Under the pieces are notes generated by a model that was given only the letters and a program-made list of their open reading frames with translations, was not told the DNA's origin and made no database searches. A stretch of 46,777 nt of DNA from a candidate division FCPU426 bacterium (lineage in GTDB: Bacteria; Oederibacteriota; JAJYGY01; DAIDJD01): positions 1 to 46,777 of the forward strand of contig JANLXT010000059.1 in NCBI GenBank assembly GCA_031365225.1. Reading direction: 5' to 3'. This document shows positions 1 to 10,948 of this stretch, in pieces (position 1 is the stretch's first letter; every line of letters starts with the position of its first letter). The position numbers and the translations under genes are program-made.

Positions 1-1
1 G

Positions 2-1096
2 TACGCCCAAGAAGCGCGCATGTATTCTTTTTTTATGTTTTTGACCATTGGTAGCGCTTTGAGCTTATTCCGTTTTATAGAAAGCCGGACTTTGTTGAAT
101 GCCGTGACGCTGGGCGTCTTGAACGGCCTGGCATTGTTGACACAGTATTTTGCCCTTTGGTCAGTTTTTTCGCAGGGGCTCTTGTTGGCATATCTGTCCA
201 TGCGCGGACAGCTTGGTAAACGGGGCACGCTTCTGGCTGCCGCTAGTTTCGGCGTTAGCTTTCTAATTTTTTTACCTTGGTTGCCAACTTTTTTAACCCA
301 TGTACGCTTGACGCAAGGGGGTGTGCACTACGCCCAAAAAACCTCTCTCACTTATCTTTTTCATATGCTGGATATTTTTTCTTCAGGCAAACGAGAAACA
401 TTGGTCATCCTGCCGCTATTTATCAAAGGGTGGGGCGAGGCTCTACAAAAGCGACAGCGCGCAGGCTCGTTGCTTGGTTGGCTCTTTGTGGCGGGCCTTG
501 CGGTGGCCTTGCTTTACGCGCTCTACAGGCCGACGCTTACCGATCGTAATTTGATTTTTTTGTTGCCCTTCTTTTTAATCGGCGTCGCCGCGGGGCTGGA
601 TCACCTGCTTTGGCATTTTCGGCTTCATGTCGTGGTGGGGGTGGTAGGCATTGTCGTCTTTGCCTCGACCCACCTCGTGCGGTTTCATCGTGTGAGCCCT
701 AACGCGTGGAAATACGATTGGCATGCCGTGGCGGAGACGATCCAGGCCACCGGTGGGGCGGACGAGCGGGTACTGGTCATGGGGCCGGGTTCTCGGCTAG
801 GCGTGGGCTACTATCTTTGCCCTGGAACCGTAGCGCCGATGCCCCTCGATTTTAGCAACGCGCCAGATAAGCGAATTTGGATCTTGGACGAGGGCTTAGT
901 AAAACAACTGAGTAAGCAGGCGTGGAGCGGTTGGCTTTTGCTTGAGTTTGGCGTCAATCGACCTGGGCATATGGACAGGCTTGTAGAGAGCTTTCAAGCG
1001 ACGCTGCCCCCGGCTGTGAAACTTTTCTATTCCCCCAACGCTGGTAACGGCCTCGCGCTCTATCACTTGCTTCCAAAAAGCTCTAAACACCCCTAA
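2..1096 (+). CDS. GT-C fold (family 39/PMT-like) membrane glycosyltransferase, 5'-partial
   Basis: Frame is open from the window edge (YAQEARMYS, matching the QEARMY motif of GT39-like proteins); many hydrophobic helices followed by a soluble C-terminal domain. Confidence 0.65.
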   Translation, partial: YAQEARMYSFFMFLTIGSALSLFRFIESRTLLNAVTLGVLNGLALLTQYFALWSVFSQGLLLAYLSMRGQLGKRGTLLAAASFGVSFLIFLPWLPTFLTHVRLTQGGVHYAQKTSLTYLFHMLDIFSSGKRETLVILPLFIKGWGEALQKRQRAGSLLGWLFVAGLAVALLYALYRPTLTDRNLIFLLPFFLIGVAAGLDHLLWHFRLHVVVGVVGIVVFASTHLVRFHRVSPNAWKYDWHAVAETIQATGGADERVLVMGPGSRLGVGYYLCPGTVAPMPLDFSNAPDKRIWILDEGLVKQLSKQAWSGWLLLEFGVNRPGHMDRLVESFQATLPPAVKLFYSPNAGNGLALYHLLPKSSKHP

Positions 1097-1117
1097 ATAT
1101 TGTGGTTTTACTTGCCC

Positions 1118-1146
1118 TTGCCACAAGGGCTGTGGGCCTTTATAAT
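1118..1146 (+). promoter_or_regulatory. sigma70-type promoter of the purH operon
   Basis: TTGCCA (1118-1123), 17-nt spacer, TATAAT (1141-1146), 44 nt before the purH GTG. Confidence 0.7.
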
Positions 1147-1190
1147 CATTTTTCCGTAAATTGATTTCATAACGATTTCAGGGGTTTTTC

Positions 1191-2774
1191 GTGGTCAAAG
1201 TACGCAGGGCATTGCTATCGGTGACAGACAAATCGGGCTTGGCGGACTTTGCCAAGGGCTTGGTGGCGTTAGGTGTTGAGCTGATCTCGACGGGTGGTAC
1301 GGCTAAAGTCTTGCGCGAAGCGGGACTGGCCGTCAAAGACATCAGCGAGCACACCGGTTTTCCAGAGATGTTGGATGGCCGGGTCAAGACCTTGCATCCG
1401 CTGATACACGGTGGCTTGCTGCATTTAAGGGACAACCCAGAGCATTTGGCGACCATCGCCAAGCATGCCATCGCACCCATCGACATGGTGGTCGTTAATC
1501 TTTATCCATTTCAAAAGACGATTGCCAAGCCAGGTGTGACGCTCGAAGAAGCGGTAGAAAATATCGATATCGGCGGCCCTAGCATGATACGCAGCGGCGC
1601 CAAAAACTTTCATAGCGTCGCTGTCATCGTCAACCCTGATCACTATCTGCCTATCTTGCAAGAGATGCAAAACAGCGGCGGGCAGGTCGCTGACGAGACA
1701 CTTAAAAAATTGGTGGTCGAAGCCTTTGGGCATACGGCCGAGTTTGATCGCGCGGTGCATGCCTATCTTCAGCATGCTCTCGGTGGCGAAGCCGAATTTC
1801 CGCAAACGCTCAATCTTAGCTTTGAAAAAGCTCAGGACCTGCGCTATGGCGAGAACCCGCATCAAAAGGCGGCTTTCTATACGCACCTTGGCGAAGGCGG
1901 GGCGCAGCTTGGCAACGCGCACCAGATCCACGGCAAAGAACTGTCTTACAACAACATCGCCGATCTAGACGCCGCGCTCAACGTGGTCAAAGAGTTTGAT
2001 GAGCCCGCGGTCAGCATTGTCAAACACGCCAATCCTTGTGGCGCCGCACGCGTGGATGCCAAGGGCGAGATCGCGCTGGCCTACAAGCTGGCCTTTGAGG
2101 CGGACCCTATCTCGGCTTTTGGCGGCATTGTGGCCGCCAACCGCCCTGTCGATGAGGCGTTTGCCAAAGAGATCGGTAGCACGTTCTTAGAATGCGTGGT
2201 CGCGCCATCGTTCACGCCCCAGGCGTTGGATATACTGACGCAAAAGAAAAACTTGCGTCTGCTTGAGGCGGATTTTTCCGCGGCCAGTCCGGTGTCCCTT
2301 CCTGGCATGGGTTTTGAGACGTACGCGATGAAGAAGGTCGCGGGCGGCTTGCTGGTGCAGACCCGTGACCGCAAACGCGTGACCCGCGCCGATTGCAAAG
2401 TGGTCACCAAGCGCGAACCCACCGACGCTGAGTGGATTGATCTGCTCTTTGGCTGGCGTGTGATTGTGCATGTAAAGTCCAACGCGATCTTGTTGACCAA
2501 AAATGGCTGCACGGTGGGCGTGGGTCCTGGCCAGACCAATCGCGTCGGCTCTGTCAAGATCGCTTGCGAGAGCGCGGGCGCGCGGGCTCAAGGTTCGGCA
2601 TTGGCTTCGGACGCTTTCTTTCCGTTTAGAGATGGTGTCGATGCGGCCGCCAAAGCCGGCGTGCGCGCGATCATTCAGCCCGGGGGCAGCGTCAAGGACG
2701 ACGACGCGATCGCCGCGGCGGACGAACAGGGGATCGCCATGGTCTTTACCGGTGTCCGGCACTTTAATCACTGA
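1191..2774 (+). CDS. purH: Bifunctional AICAR transformylase/IMP cyclohydrolase
   Basis: [53 protein letters not shown] motifs. Confidence 0.98.
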   Translation: MVKVRRALLSVTDKSGLADFAKGLVALGVELISTGGTAKVLREAGLAVKDISEHTGFPEMLDGRVKTLHPLIHGGLLHLRDNPEHLATIAKHAIAPIDMVVVNLYPFQKTIAKPGVTLEEAVENIDIGGPSMIRSGAKNFHSVAVIVNPDHYLPILQEMQNSGGQVADETLKKLVVEAFGHTAEFDRAVHAYLQHALGGEAEFPQTLNLSFEKAQDLRYGENPHQKAAFYTHLGEGGAQLGNAHQIHGKELSYNNIADLDAALNVVKEFDEPAVSIVKHANPCGAARVDAKGEIALAYKLAFEADPISAFGGIVAANRPVDEAFAKEIGSTFLECVVAPSFTPQALDILTQKKNLRLLEADFSAASPVSLPGMGFETYAMKKVAGGLLVQTRDRKRVTRADCKVVTKREPTDAEWIDLLFGWRVIVHVKSNAILLTKNGCTVGVGPGQTNRVGSVKIACESAGARAQGSALASDAFFPFRDGVDAAAKAGVRAIIQPGGSVKDDDAIAAADEQGIAMVFTGVRHFNH

Positions 2775-2785
2775 GGAGCTTTGCC

Positions 2786-3391
2786 ATGCGAAAAATACTT
2801 TGGATTTTGTTGGTGCTTGGTTTGCCTTTGCTTGCGCGGGCCGATGAGCATAACGCGGTGGGGAATGCCAAAAAAGCGGTGCAGGCTGTTAAAGAGGGGG
2901 CCACCCGCGCTGGCGAAGCCGCCAAAAACGCGGTGATCGCGGCAGAAGCCGCGCCCCAAGCGGTGTTGCCCGCGGTAGGCGCGAACCCATTGAGTCTGGT
3001 CGTCAACAACGCCACGCACCATATGCACAACAAGCTGGTGCATTTTCCCTTGGCACTGGGTTGCTTTGGGTTGTTCTTTTTGCTCTTAACATTAAAGTGG
3101 CCGGGCTTTCTTGCTTCGGCTCGCCTTAGCCTTGTGACGGCGTTGATCACGGGGCTTGCCGCGTTGACGACGGGCGGAGCGATGGAAGAGCATTTTGTGC
3201 CAGGTCCCAAGGCCGAGACGTTTGAGGCGCACGAGCGTTTTGCCCAAGGGTCGATGGTGTTGCTGGCATTAGCGCTCTTGCTAAGCTTCATGCCCTCGTT
3301 GCGTAAAGTTTGGTGGTTGGTGGCGCTGCTCGGGATTGGGGCGCTCTTGTTCACAGGTGGCTTGGGCGGGGTCTTGGCCCACACCCGCTAG
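2786..3391 (+). CDS. DUF2231-like membrane protein with signal peptide
   Basis: HxxLVHFPLAL motif, several TM helices, a later conserved His (HERFA) and a terminal GGxLAH. Confidence 0.6.
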   Translation: MRKILWILLVLGLPLLARADEHNAVGNAKKAVQAVKEGATRAGEAAKNAVIAAEAAPQAVLPAVGANPLSLVVNNATHHMHNKLVHFPLALGCFGLFFLLLTLKWPGFLASARLSLVTALITGLAALTTGGAMEEHFVPGPKAETFEAHERFAQGSMVLLALALLLSFMPSLRKVWWLVALLGIGALLFTGGLGGVLAHTR

Positions 3392-3394
3392 CGC

Positions 3395-4675
3395 ATGGAT
3401 ATCTTGCTGATCGGCGCGGGCGGCCGTGAGCATGCCCTTGCCCACAAGCTGACGCAAAGCACGCAATGCGATGTTCTGTGGATGGCCCCTGGCAATGACG
3501 GGATGGCTTCGTTGGGTCAACGCGCTGAGATCAACGTCGACGACGACGCGGCGATTGTCCGATTTTGTGTCGAAAAAAAGATAGGGCTGGTCGTCATCGG
3601 TCCCGAGGATCCACTGGCGCGTGGCTTGGCAGATGCTTTGCGTGAAGCAGGGATCTCTGTTTTTGGCCCAGGGCGTGCTGGCGCTCAATTAGAAGCCAGC
3701 AAGGATTTTTCTAAGCAATTTATGCGACGGCATAAAGTCGCCACCGCGCGCGCTCAGGCCTTTAGCGACAAAACGGCTTGTGCGGCTTATGCCAAGGGCC
3801 GGGGATTTCCGGTGGTGATCAAGGCCGACGGGCTGGCCGCGGGCAAGGGCGTGACGGTCTGTGTAGACGCCGCCATGCTGGACAAAGCGGTGGCGGATAT
3901 TTTTGACGCGAAGATCTTTGGCGTGGCTGGCCAGAGCGCCTTGGTCGAAGATTTTATGCTTGGCGAAGAAGCTTCCTTGCTCTGCTTTTGCGATGGCCAG
4001 ACGCTCGTGCCGATGGCCAGCGCCCAGGACCACAAGCGCGTTGGCGACGGCGACACAGGCCCCAACACCGGTGGCATGGGCGCCTACAGCCCCGCGCCCG
4101 TCTTGGATGAAGCCATGATGGCGCGGGTCTGGAAAGACATTTTGGACCCGACCTTGCTTGGCCTGCGCGAAGATGGGCTCGATTTTAGGGGCTGTTTGTA
4201 TGTCGGCCTGATGATCACCGCCACCGGGCCCATGGTGGTTGAATACAACGCTCGCTTTGGCGACCCCGAGACCCAGGTGGTCTTGCCCCGCGCGGACTTT
4301 GATCTGGTCGAAGTCTTGCTGGCGACCGCCAAGGGACGCTTGAGCACGTTGGCGCCCTTACGCTGGGACCCGCGGCCCACGGTGGCAGTGGTCCTCGCGT
4401 CAAAGGGCTACCCGGGGGCCATCGAAAAAGGGAAGCCGATCACCGGACTAGAAAGTGTGGATGGCGTCCACGGCGTCACCCTCTATCACTCGGGCACGGC
4501 CCAGCGTGACGGCGTTACCGTCACCGCGGGTGGCAGAGTGTTGGCGGTGAGCGCGTTAGGAACCGACTTGAAAGACGCAACCACGCGCGCCTACGCCGCG
4601 TGCGCCAAGATCAGCTTTGATGGCATGCACTATCGCAAGGATATCGCACAACGCGCATTGAATCGCTTGGAATAG
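3395..4675 (+). CDS. purD: Phosphoribosylamine-glycine ligase
   Basis: GAGGREHALA, KADGLAAGKGV, QDHKR, GPNTGGMGAY, EYNARFGDPE motifs. Confidence 0.98.
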   Translation: MDILLIGAGGREHALAHKLTQSTQCDVLWMAPGNDGMASLGQRAEINVDDDAAIVRFCVEKKIGLVVIGPEDPLARGLADALREAGISVFGPGRAGAQLEASKDFSKQFMRRHKVATARAQAFSDKTACAAYAKGRGFPVVIKADGLAAGKGVTVCVDAAMLDKAVADIFDAKIFGVAGQSALVEDFMLGEEASLLCFCDGQTLVPMASAQDHKRVGDGDTGPNTGGMGAYSPAPVLDEAMMARVWKDILDPTLLGLREDGLDFRGCLYVGLMITATGPMVVEYNARFGDPETQVVLPRADFDLVEVLLATAKGRLSTLAPLRWDPRPTVAVVLASKGYPGAIEKGKPITGLESVDGVHGVTLYHSGTAQRDGVTVTAGGRVLAVSALGTDLKDATTRAYAACAKISFDGMHYRKDIAQRALNRLE

Positions 4676-4696
4676 CGCACCTTCGGGAGAGTCACG

Positions 4697-5233
4697 ATGG
4701 CAGAAAAAGTCTTGGTTGGCATTTTGATGGGGTCGGATAGTGACCTCGGTACGATGGCCGCGACGTGCGGCGAGCTAGAACGCTTTGGCGTGCCGTTCGA
4801 GATTCATGTCTCGTCAGCGCATCGTTCTCCCGCCAAGACCATCGCTTATGTTGACAAGGCCCAAGCGGCGGGCGTCAAAGTTTTTATATGCGCTGCAGGC
4901 GCGGCGGCTCATCTTGCCGGTGTGGTGGCGGCGCACACGATCTTGCCTGTCATCGGCGTGCCCATGTCGACGGGACCTTTGGCTGGCGCGGATTCGCTTT
5001 ACAGCACCGTGCAAATGCCCCAGGGCATTCCTGTGGCGACGGTGGCGATCGGCAAAGCGGGAGCGGCCAACGCTGGAATTTTGGCGACCCAGATCTTGGC
5101 GTTGGCGGACCCCGCCTTGGCGGCCAAGTTGAGAGCCTTCAAGACTGATCTGGCTGTCAAGGTTGAGCAAAAAGACGCCGACTTGCAATCCAAGGGCTAC
5201 AAACAATACTTGACCCAGCAGGGCGACAAGTGA
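4697..5233 (+). CDS. purE: N5-CAIR mutase
   Basis: MGSDSD, SAHRSP, AGAAAHLAG, VQMPxGIPVATV motifs. Confidence 0.97.
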   Translation: MAEKVLVGILMGSDSDLGTMAATCGELERFGVPFEIHVSSAHRSPAKTIAYVDKAQAAGVKVFICAAGAAAHLAGVVAAHTILPVIGVPMSTGPLAGADSLYSTVQMPQGIPVATVAIGKAGAANAGILATQILALADPALAAKLRAFKTDLAVKVEQKDADLQSKGYKQYLTQQGDK

Positions 5234-5682
5234 GCAGGCAGCTTCTCAACACGGTGGGTGCGCTGGCGCTGACCCTTTGTGTGGCCAGTGCGGCTTTGGC
5301 CGAAGGCGAAGCCGCCACCGTGACTTTGCGCGCGATGGACCCTGCCAGGGCACGCCAAATCGCGCTTTGGCCAGGATTTTTATTGCACGGCGCGGGCCAT
5401 CGCTACGCGGGTGACAACGAGGCGTTTTATAGCATGGTCGGTGGCGAGCTTTTTGGTGTCCTGATCGGTGGTTTTGGGGTTGGCGAGCTTTTTGGCCCAG
5501 AAGTCAAAGGTGAGCACAAAGGCACCGCGTTGGCGTTGGCGGTGACAGGTGGTTCGATGTTTTTAGGCACCTGGCTCTGGGACATTGCCTTCGCTCCACG
5601 GGCGGCTAAAAAATTCAATGACGAACGAGGGCTGGGGCTTTGGCCCACGCTCAATGGTGCCGTGCTCGTGCTGCGTTTTTAG
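5230..5682 (+). CDS. Hypothetical exported/membrane protein
   Basis: GTGA overlap with purE; signal peptide, GAGHxYAG motif, hydrophobic segments, C-terminal Phe. Confidence 0.6.
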   Translation: MSRQLLNTVGALALTLCVASAALAEGEAATVTLRAMDPARARQIALWPGFLLHGAGHRYAGDNEAFYSMVGGELFGVLIGGFGVGELFGPEVKGEHKGTALALAVTGGSMFLGTWLWDIAFAPRAAKKFNDERGLGLWPTLNGAVLVLRF

Positions 5683-5690
5683 GAGCGTGT

Positions 5691-6128
5691 ATGAAGATCG
5701 CTTTGGGTACCGACCACGCGGGTTATGATTTTAAAGAAAGCCTGCAGACTTACTTAAAAGAGTGCGGCCATGATGTGCAAGACCTAGGCACTTATGACAA
5801 AGAGTCGGTCGACTATCCCGACTATGCCGAACGGGTCTGCAAGTACGTGGTGCAGGGGCAGGCAACTTTTGGCATTTTGATCTGCGGGTCGGGCATTGGC
5901 ATGAGCATCGCCGCCAACAAGGTCCATGGTATTCGCGCGGCGCTGGCGCACGATCTTTATACCGCCCGCATGGGACGCATGCATAACGACGCCAACGTGC
6001 TTGTGCTGCCATCGCGTTTGATCGCGCTGGCAATCGCCCAAGAGATAACAGATATTTTTTTAGCGACCCCTTTCGAGGGTGGGCGCCACACCGCCCGCCT
6101 TGAAAAGATTAAAAAACTAGAGTGTTAG
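5691..6128 (+). CDS. rpiB: Ribose-5-phosphate isomerase B
   Basis: DHAG, DYPD, CGSGIGMSIAANK, HNDAN, FEGGRH motifs; start moved to the ATG at 5691 after an AGGAG SD. Confidence 0.96.
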   Translation: MKIALGTDHAGYDFKESLQTYLKECGHDVQDLGTYDKESVDYPDYAERVCKYVVQGQATFGILICGSGIGMSIAANKVHGIRAALAHDLYTARMGRMHNDANVLVLPSRLIALAIAQEITDIFLATPFEGGRHTARLEKIKKLEC

Positions 6129-6187
6129 CTTAAAAAATTTCCTGGCAACGGATAGAAAACCGACCACCACCACTTTAGGGACCTGCG

Positions 6188-7429
6188 ATGGAATATAAAA
6201 ATATAAAAAAGACGGATCCCACGGTTTACAAGATCTTGATATCCGAGAACAAACGCCAAGAAGAAGAGCTGCAGCTGATCGCCAGCGAAAACTACACCTC
6301 GCGCGCGGTGATGGAAGCCCAAGGCTCTGTCATGACCAACAAATACGCCGAAGGTTATCCTGGCCGGCGCTATTACCAGGGTATGAAATATTATGACGAT
6401 GTCGAGACCCTGGCCATTGAGCGCGCCAAGCGTATTTTTGGGGCAGAACACGCCAATGTGCAGGCCAGCTCGGGCAGTCAAGCCAACATGGCCGCCTATT
6501 TTGCCGTGCTGCAGCCTGGCGAGACGGTCATGGGCATGGATCTTGCCTGCGGCGGGCATTTGACCCATGGCATGCGGCTTAATTTTTCGGGCATGTATTA
6601 CAAGGTGGCCGGTTACCCCGTGCGTCAGAGCGACTTTAGGTTGGACTACGATGTGATCGCGAGCCTGGCCAAGCAGCACAGACCTAAGATGATCATCGCG
6701 GGCGCCAGCGCCTATCCCCGCACCATCGATTTCGCGGCGTTCAAACGCATCGCCGATAGCGTGGGCGCAGTCTTGATGGCCGATATCGCCCATATCGCTG
6801 GCTTGGTGGCGGGGGGCGTGCATCCTTCGCCGTTCCCACACGCGGACATTGTCACGACGACCACGCACAAGACTTTGCGCGGGCCGCGGGGCGGACTGAT
6901 CTTGTGCAAAGAAGCCTTTGCCAAAAAAATTGATAGCCGTGTTTTTCCGGGTATTCAGGGTGGCCCCTTGATGCACGCGGTGGCGGCCAAGGCGGTGGCG
7001 TTTGGCGAGGTGCTCAAGCCCAGCTTCAAGGCCTATGCCAAGCAGATCGTTAAGAACGCCGCGGCGTTGGCCAAAGCGTTGCAGCAGCACGGCTACACGC
7101 TGACCACCAACGGCACCGACAACCATTTGATGCTGATTGATCTGCGTAGCAAAGGGATCAGTGGCGCCCAAGCCGCCACGGCGCTCGAAAATGCCGGTAT
7201 GATTCTTAATAAAAACGGGGTGCCTTTTGACACCCAGCCACCCATGGTGACCAGCGGTGTGCGTTTGGGCACGGCGGGGGTCACGACCCGCGGCATGAAA
7301 GAAGCGCAGATGAAACAGATCGCCGCGTGGATGGACACAGTGATGTCCGCGGTCGATAAGCCGGCGATTCACAAGAAGGTCAAGGCGCAGGTCGCGACGC
7401 TTTGCCGTAAGTTTCCAGTTTATCGCTAA
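6188..7429 (+). CDS. glyA: Serine hydroxymethyltransferase
   Basis: [35 protein letters not shown] (PLP lysine), FPGxQGGP motifs. Confidence 0.98.
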   Translation: MEYKNIKKTDPTVYKILISENKRQEEELQLIASENYTSRAVMEAQGSVMTNKYAEGYPGRRYYQGMKYYDDVETLAIERAKRIFGAEHANVQASSGSQANMAAYFAVLQPGETVMGMDLACGGHLTHGMRLNFSGMYYKVAGYPVRQSDFRLDYDVIASLAKQHRPKMIIAGASAYPRTIDFAAFKRIADSVGAVLMADIAHIAGLVAGGVHPSPFPHADIVTTTTHKTLRGPRGGLILCKEAFAKKIDSRVFPGIQGGPLMHAVAAKAVAFGEVLKPSFKAYAKQIVKNAAALAKALQQHGYTLTTNGTDNHLMLIDLRSKGISGAQAATALENAGMILNKNGVPFDTQPPMVTSGVRLGTAGVTTRGMKEAQMKQIAAWMDTVMSAVDKPAIHKKVKAQVATLCRKFPVYR

Positions 7430-7432
7430 ACC

Positions 7433-7469
7433 TTGAGCCGCGAGCGACGCTCGCGGCTCAACTTTTTTT
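7433..7469 (+). terminator. Intrinsic terminator after glyA
   Basis: TTGAGCCGCGAGCG-A-CGCTCGCGGCTCAA perfect inverted repeat followed by a T tract. Confidence 0.8.
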
Positions 7470-10425
7470 GGCAGGCCCCTTGACTGTATTCGCTCCGCAA
7501 TCGCGCCCCGCGCGCGTGATCGACCGCCTCTTAGACCTTTTGTTGGTTTGCCTGCTCTTGGGCGCCCCTCTGATCTTTTTTACCCGGGGGCACGATGTCT
7601 TTGAATTTAATAAACTGACGACGGTTCGCGACCTGAGCACCTTGGCGTTGACGCTCTTTGTCATCAAGCTGCTCTGGGTACGGCCGTTCACGCTCTTGCG
7701 TGGCGGGCTCGAACGGCCGCTTTTGATGTTTTTGGGGGTGTCGCTGGTCGCGACCTTCAACACCATCAACTGGCGTCTTTCGGTGCACGGCGTCTACGAA
7801 GACTTTGAGGGCATCACCACGATCGTCAATTACGCTTTTTTGATGATCTTAACGCAACAGCATGTGCGCAGCGAACGCCAGATCAATCTTTTTCTTGGCG
7901 CGGTGGTGTTAGCGGGCACCGTGTCTGGTTTTTACGGCATCCTACAAAATTTTGGCATCGACTTTGTTCCGTGGAATCCTGACACCTACAGCAAAACACG
8001 CATGTTCAGCACCATGGGCAACCCCAACTTTTTGGCCGCGTACTTGGTCATGAGCCTGCCCATCTGTTTTGTCATGTTCTTAGATCTGCCAGACCGTATC
8101 CGGGTGGATAAAAACTTCACGGCGATTTTGGTCGTGGTGGGCCTCGCGGCGTCCGTTGGGTTATGCGCGCTTTTTGATGTCAACTATTTCAACATGGACC
8201 CAAAGTTTTATGAAGCCGAGAGCTTTGGGCAGATGCTCTTTACCCAAAAGTTTATCGCAACCAAGTTGTTGCTAGCTTTTCCGTTGATTGCCGCGTTCCT
8301 ACTGCACCAGGGTAAATTGCGCTATATCATCTTGCTGTCCATGCTCTTTCAAGTGGTGGCGGTGCTCTTTACTAAGAGCCGCGGGGGCGTCATCAGCCTG
8401 ACGGTGTTGGCCGCTCTTTTTGGGCTGGCCTTTGCTTGGGAAAGTGGCCGGGTCAAAGGGGTGCTGGCCGCGTTGGGCGTGGCACTTTTAAGCGCGCTGA
8501 TGTTTTATAGCGGGATCTGGCGCTGGTTCATGATCGCGGGGTTGGTGGAACATAAGTGGATTGGTTTGTTCATCATGGTCGCGGTCTTGGGTGGGTTGGC
8601 CCATTGGGCGAGGCAAAAAGCCAATAGTCAGATCATTCGTGACAACGCATGGATTTTGGCGATCTTTGTGCTTTTGATCTGGATGGCCCATTACAATGAC
8701 GCGATCCGCGGCACGAGCCTTGAGATGCTGGACCGCTTTCACCGGCTTTTTGACGTGAAAGAATTTAAGTACACCCCCCGCATTTTTATTTGGCGCAGTG
8801 CGCTGGCGATCATGCGCGATCATTTTTGGTTTGGCACAGGCCTCGATACTTTCCAATTGGCGTTTCCGCCCTATCGCTTGGCTTTGTATTGGAACCTGGA
8901 GTGGAATGGTACGCCCGAGAAGGCGCACAACATGGTCATGCAGATCGCCGCGACCATGGGCTTCACCGGCCTGGTCGCCTTTTTCTGGATGAAGGCGGCT
9001 TTGTTGCGCCGCGCCTACCTTGACTGGCGGCAACAAGAAGACCCCCGCAAACGCCTATTGATCGTCGCCTGCTTGGCTGCCATCTTGGCGTTTTTGGCGC
9101 AGAACTTATTCAGCTTCACGGTGGTGGGTTATGGCGCGCTGTATTGGATGCTGATGGGCTTGTTGCCGGCGATGACCGCGACCTGGAAAAAGAGCGAGGC
9201 CAGTGAGCCGGTCGCCGTGAGCAAGCCTGGGCTTGAGCTTGATTGGCGCCTGACCTTAGGATTGTTGGGCTTGACGGGCATCGTCTGCGCACTGGCGGGT
9301 CCCGATTTTTTTGGTACCGAAATTATCTGGTCGCTACGACTGCTTTTGACCTTGCTAGGATTGATCAGCTTGGGCGTGGTGCTATCGTCGGGCTCGGCAA
9401 AAATACCTCATTGGGCCCGGGTGGTTCTGTTGGGTGTCGTGGGATTGGGCATGTTTTTCTTTGCCATGCATTCCACACGCATCTGGGTGGCGGACAGCTT
9501 TTATAAGCAAGGCCAGGTTGGCATGGCGGTCAATCAGCCTGGCTACGCGGCGTTGATGTATCAAAAATCCGCGGGGCGGCTCTTAGATATCAATAGCCAA
9601 GCTCAGATCGACTCGATCCACCAGGCCATCACACCCACGCCCAAGGCGTTGCGGTTGCGGATTGAGCCTGGCCTCAATCCGGATCAGGAGCTTTACTGGG
9701 TCAAGATGGGCATCGCTTTTGAGAACGCGGCGGCCATGGCCACCAGCGCTGACGAGAAAAACCGTTATCTCTTGACCGCGCTGGCCATTCATCAGCTGAC
9801 GCTCGAGATGAATCCTGTGAACGGCTATAATTTCAACAACAAGGGGCGCGTCCTGCGCGCCATGGGTGAAGCCACGGGCAACACGCAGTATTACCAGCGT
9901 GCGCTCGAGCATTACAATCGGGCGGTGGCCTTGGACAGTCACAACGTTTATTTTAATCTAGATAAAGTGCAGACCTTCATCGCGTTGGGTGACCTGGGGC
10001 ACGCGTTCGAGACCGTGCAAAGCTGCATGCAGCGTTTTCCTGATTTTGGGTTGCCGTTCGCCTACGCGGGTTTTATCAACATGCGGGCGGGCCGTTTTCC
10101 AGAGGCGGCGAATTATTTAAGGCAATCGCTGACGCTTGATTTTCGTGGCGATCGCGGGCAACGTGGCCTGGCGGGTGTTAACTTAGGTTTGCTTGAGATG
10201 CGCGGTGGGCATGACCAGGCCGCCCAAGCGGCGTTTATGACCGCGATCGAGTCCAACCCTGGCCTGCAAGAGGCCTATATCAATCTAGCTCAGCTTCATC
10301 TTGCTAAGGGCCGTCGGGCCCAAGGCATCGAAGTCCTGCGTCGCCTGCTTCAGGTGATCCCAGGTCAACCCGCCGCGACCCAGACGCTTAAGAGCCTGGG
10401 CGCGCTCACGACCGGAGCCCGCTGA
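7468..10425 (+). CDS. O-antigen ligase (Wzy_C-like) family membrane protein with C-terminal TPR repeats
   Basis: [18 protein letters not shown], RxxIW, GTGLDTF, AHN motifs; helical TPR-like repeats at the C-terminus; start codon uncertain. Confidence 0.8.
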   Translation: MAGPLTVFAPQSRPARVIDRLLDLLLVCLLLGAPLIFFTRGHDVFEFNKLTTVRDLSTLALTLFVIKLLWVRPFTLLRGGLERPLLMFLGVSLVATFNTINWRLSVHGVYEDFEGITTIVNYAFLMILTQQHVRSERQINLFLGAVVLAGTVSGFYGILQNFGIDFVPWNPDTYSKTRMFSTMGNPNFLAAYLVMSLPICFVMFLDLPDRIRVDKNFTAILVVVGLAASVGLCALFDVNYFNMDPKFYEAESFGQMLFTQKFIATKLLLAFPLIAAFLLHQGKLRYIILLSMLFQVVAVLFTKSRGGVISLTVLAALFGLAFAWESGRVKGVLAALGVALLSALMFYSGIWRWFMIAGLVEHKWIGLFIMVAVLGGLAHWARQKANSQIIRDNAWILAIFVLLIWMAHYNDAIRGTSLEMLDRFHRLFDVKEFKYTPRIFIWRSALAIMRDHFWFGTGLDTFQLAFPPYRLALYWNLEWNGTPEKAHNMVMQIAATMGFTGLVAFFWMKAALLRRAYLDWRQQEDPRKRLLIVACLAAILAFLAQNLFSFTVVGYGALYWMLMGLLPAMTATWKKSEASEPVAVSKPGLELDWRLTLGLLGLTGIVCALAGPDFFGTEIIWSLRLLLTLLGLISLGVVLSSGSAKIPHWARVVLLGVVGLGMFFFAMHSTRIWVADSFYKQGQVGMAVNQPGYAALMYQKSAGRLLDINSQAQIDSIHQAITPTPKALRLRIEPGLNPDQELYWVKMGIAFENAAAMATSADEKNRYLLTALAIHQLTLEMNPVNGYNFNNKGRVLRAMGEATGNTQYYQRALEHYNRAVALDSHNVYFNLDKVQTFIALGDLGHAFETVQSCMQRFPDFGLPFAYAGFINMRAGRFPEAANYLRQSLTLDFRGDRGQRGLAGVNLGLLEMRGGHDQAAQAAFMTAIESNPGLQEAYINLAQLHLAKGRRAQGIEVLRRLLQVIPGQPAATQTLKSLGALTTGAR

Positions 10426-10919
10426 TGAAATGTCCTTTTTGCAGTTACCTTGAGGACAAGGTGGTTGATTCACGCGCCAGCAAAGCGGGTGACGCGATCC
10501 GGCGCCGGCGCGAGTGTTTAAAATGCGCCAAGCGCTTCACCACCTATGAGCAGATCGAGGACATTCAACCCGCGGTGATCAAAAAAGACGGGCGTCGCCA
10601 GAATTTTGATCGCGCCAAGATACTGAATGGATTGCGGCGCGCGTGCGAAAAACGCCCCATCAGCCTGCAGTCGCTTGAGGATCTGATTGACGGCGTGCAA
10701 CGCGAGCTTGAGCTGCGCTTCGAAAAAGAATACCCAGCCCAGCAGATCGGCGAGCTGGTCATGCAACGTCTGTATGTGCTGGACGAAGTGGCCTATGTGC
10801 GCTTTGCCAGCGTGTACCGTCAGTTTAAGGACATCAAGGCTTTCAACGAAGAGCTCAAAAAGTTTATGGCCATGGCCCGTTTAGACGACGACAGTCCGCC
10901 CGTCAAAGGCGGACGCTGA
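10425..10919 (+). CDS. nrdR: Transcriptional repressor NrdR
   Basis: MKCPFC..VVDSR..IRRRREC..C zinc ribbon, ATP-cone, [10 protein letters not shown]. Confidence 0.98.
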   Translation: MKCPFCSYLEDKVVDSRASKAGDAIRRRRECLKCAKRFTTYEQIEDIQPAVIKKDGRRQNFDRAKILNGLRRACEKRPISLQSLEDLIDGVQRELELRFEKEYPAQQIGELVMQRLYVLDEVAYVRFASVYRQFKDIKAFNEELKKFMAMARLDDDSPPVKGGR

Positions 10920-10948
10920 TCCATCGAGCTTGTTCTGGGGTGCGCGCT

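Noticed and set aside
1147-1190. ZTP or purine riboswitch upstream of purH
   Set aside because: The predicted leader is only about 40 nt and shows no aptamer-like structure
6125-7372. 415-aa antisense ORF over glyA and many similar shadow ORFs
   Set aside because: Mirror frames of well-supported genes in GC-rich DNA, with no recognisable motifs
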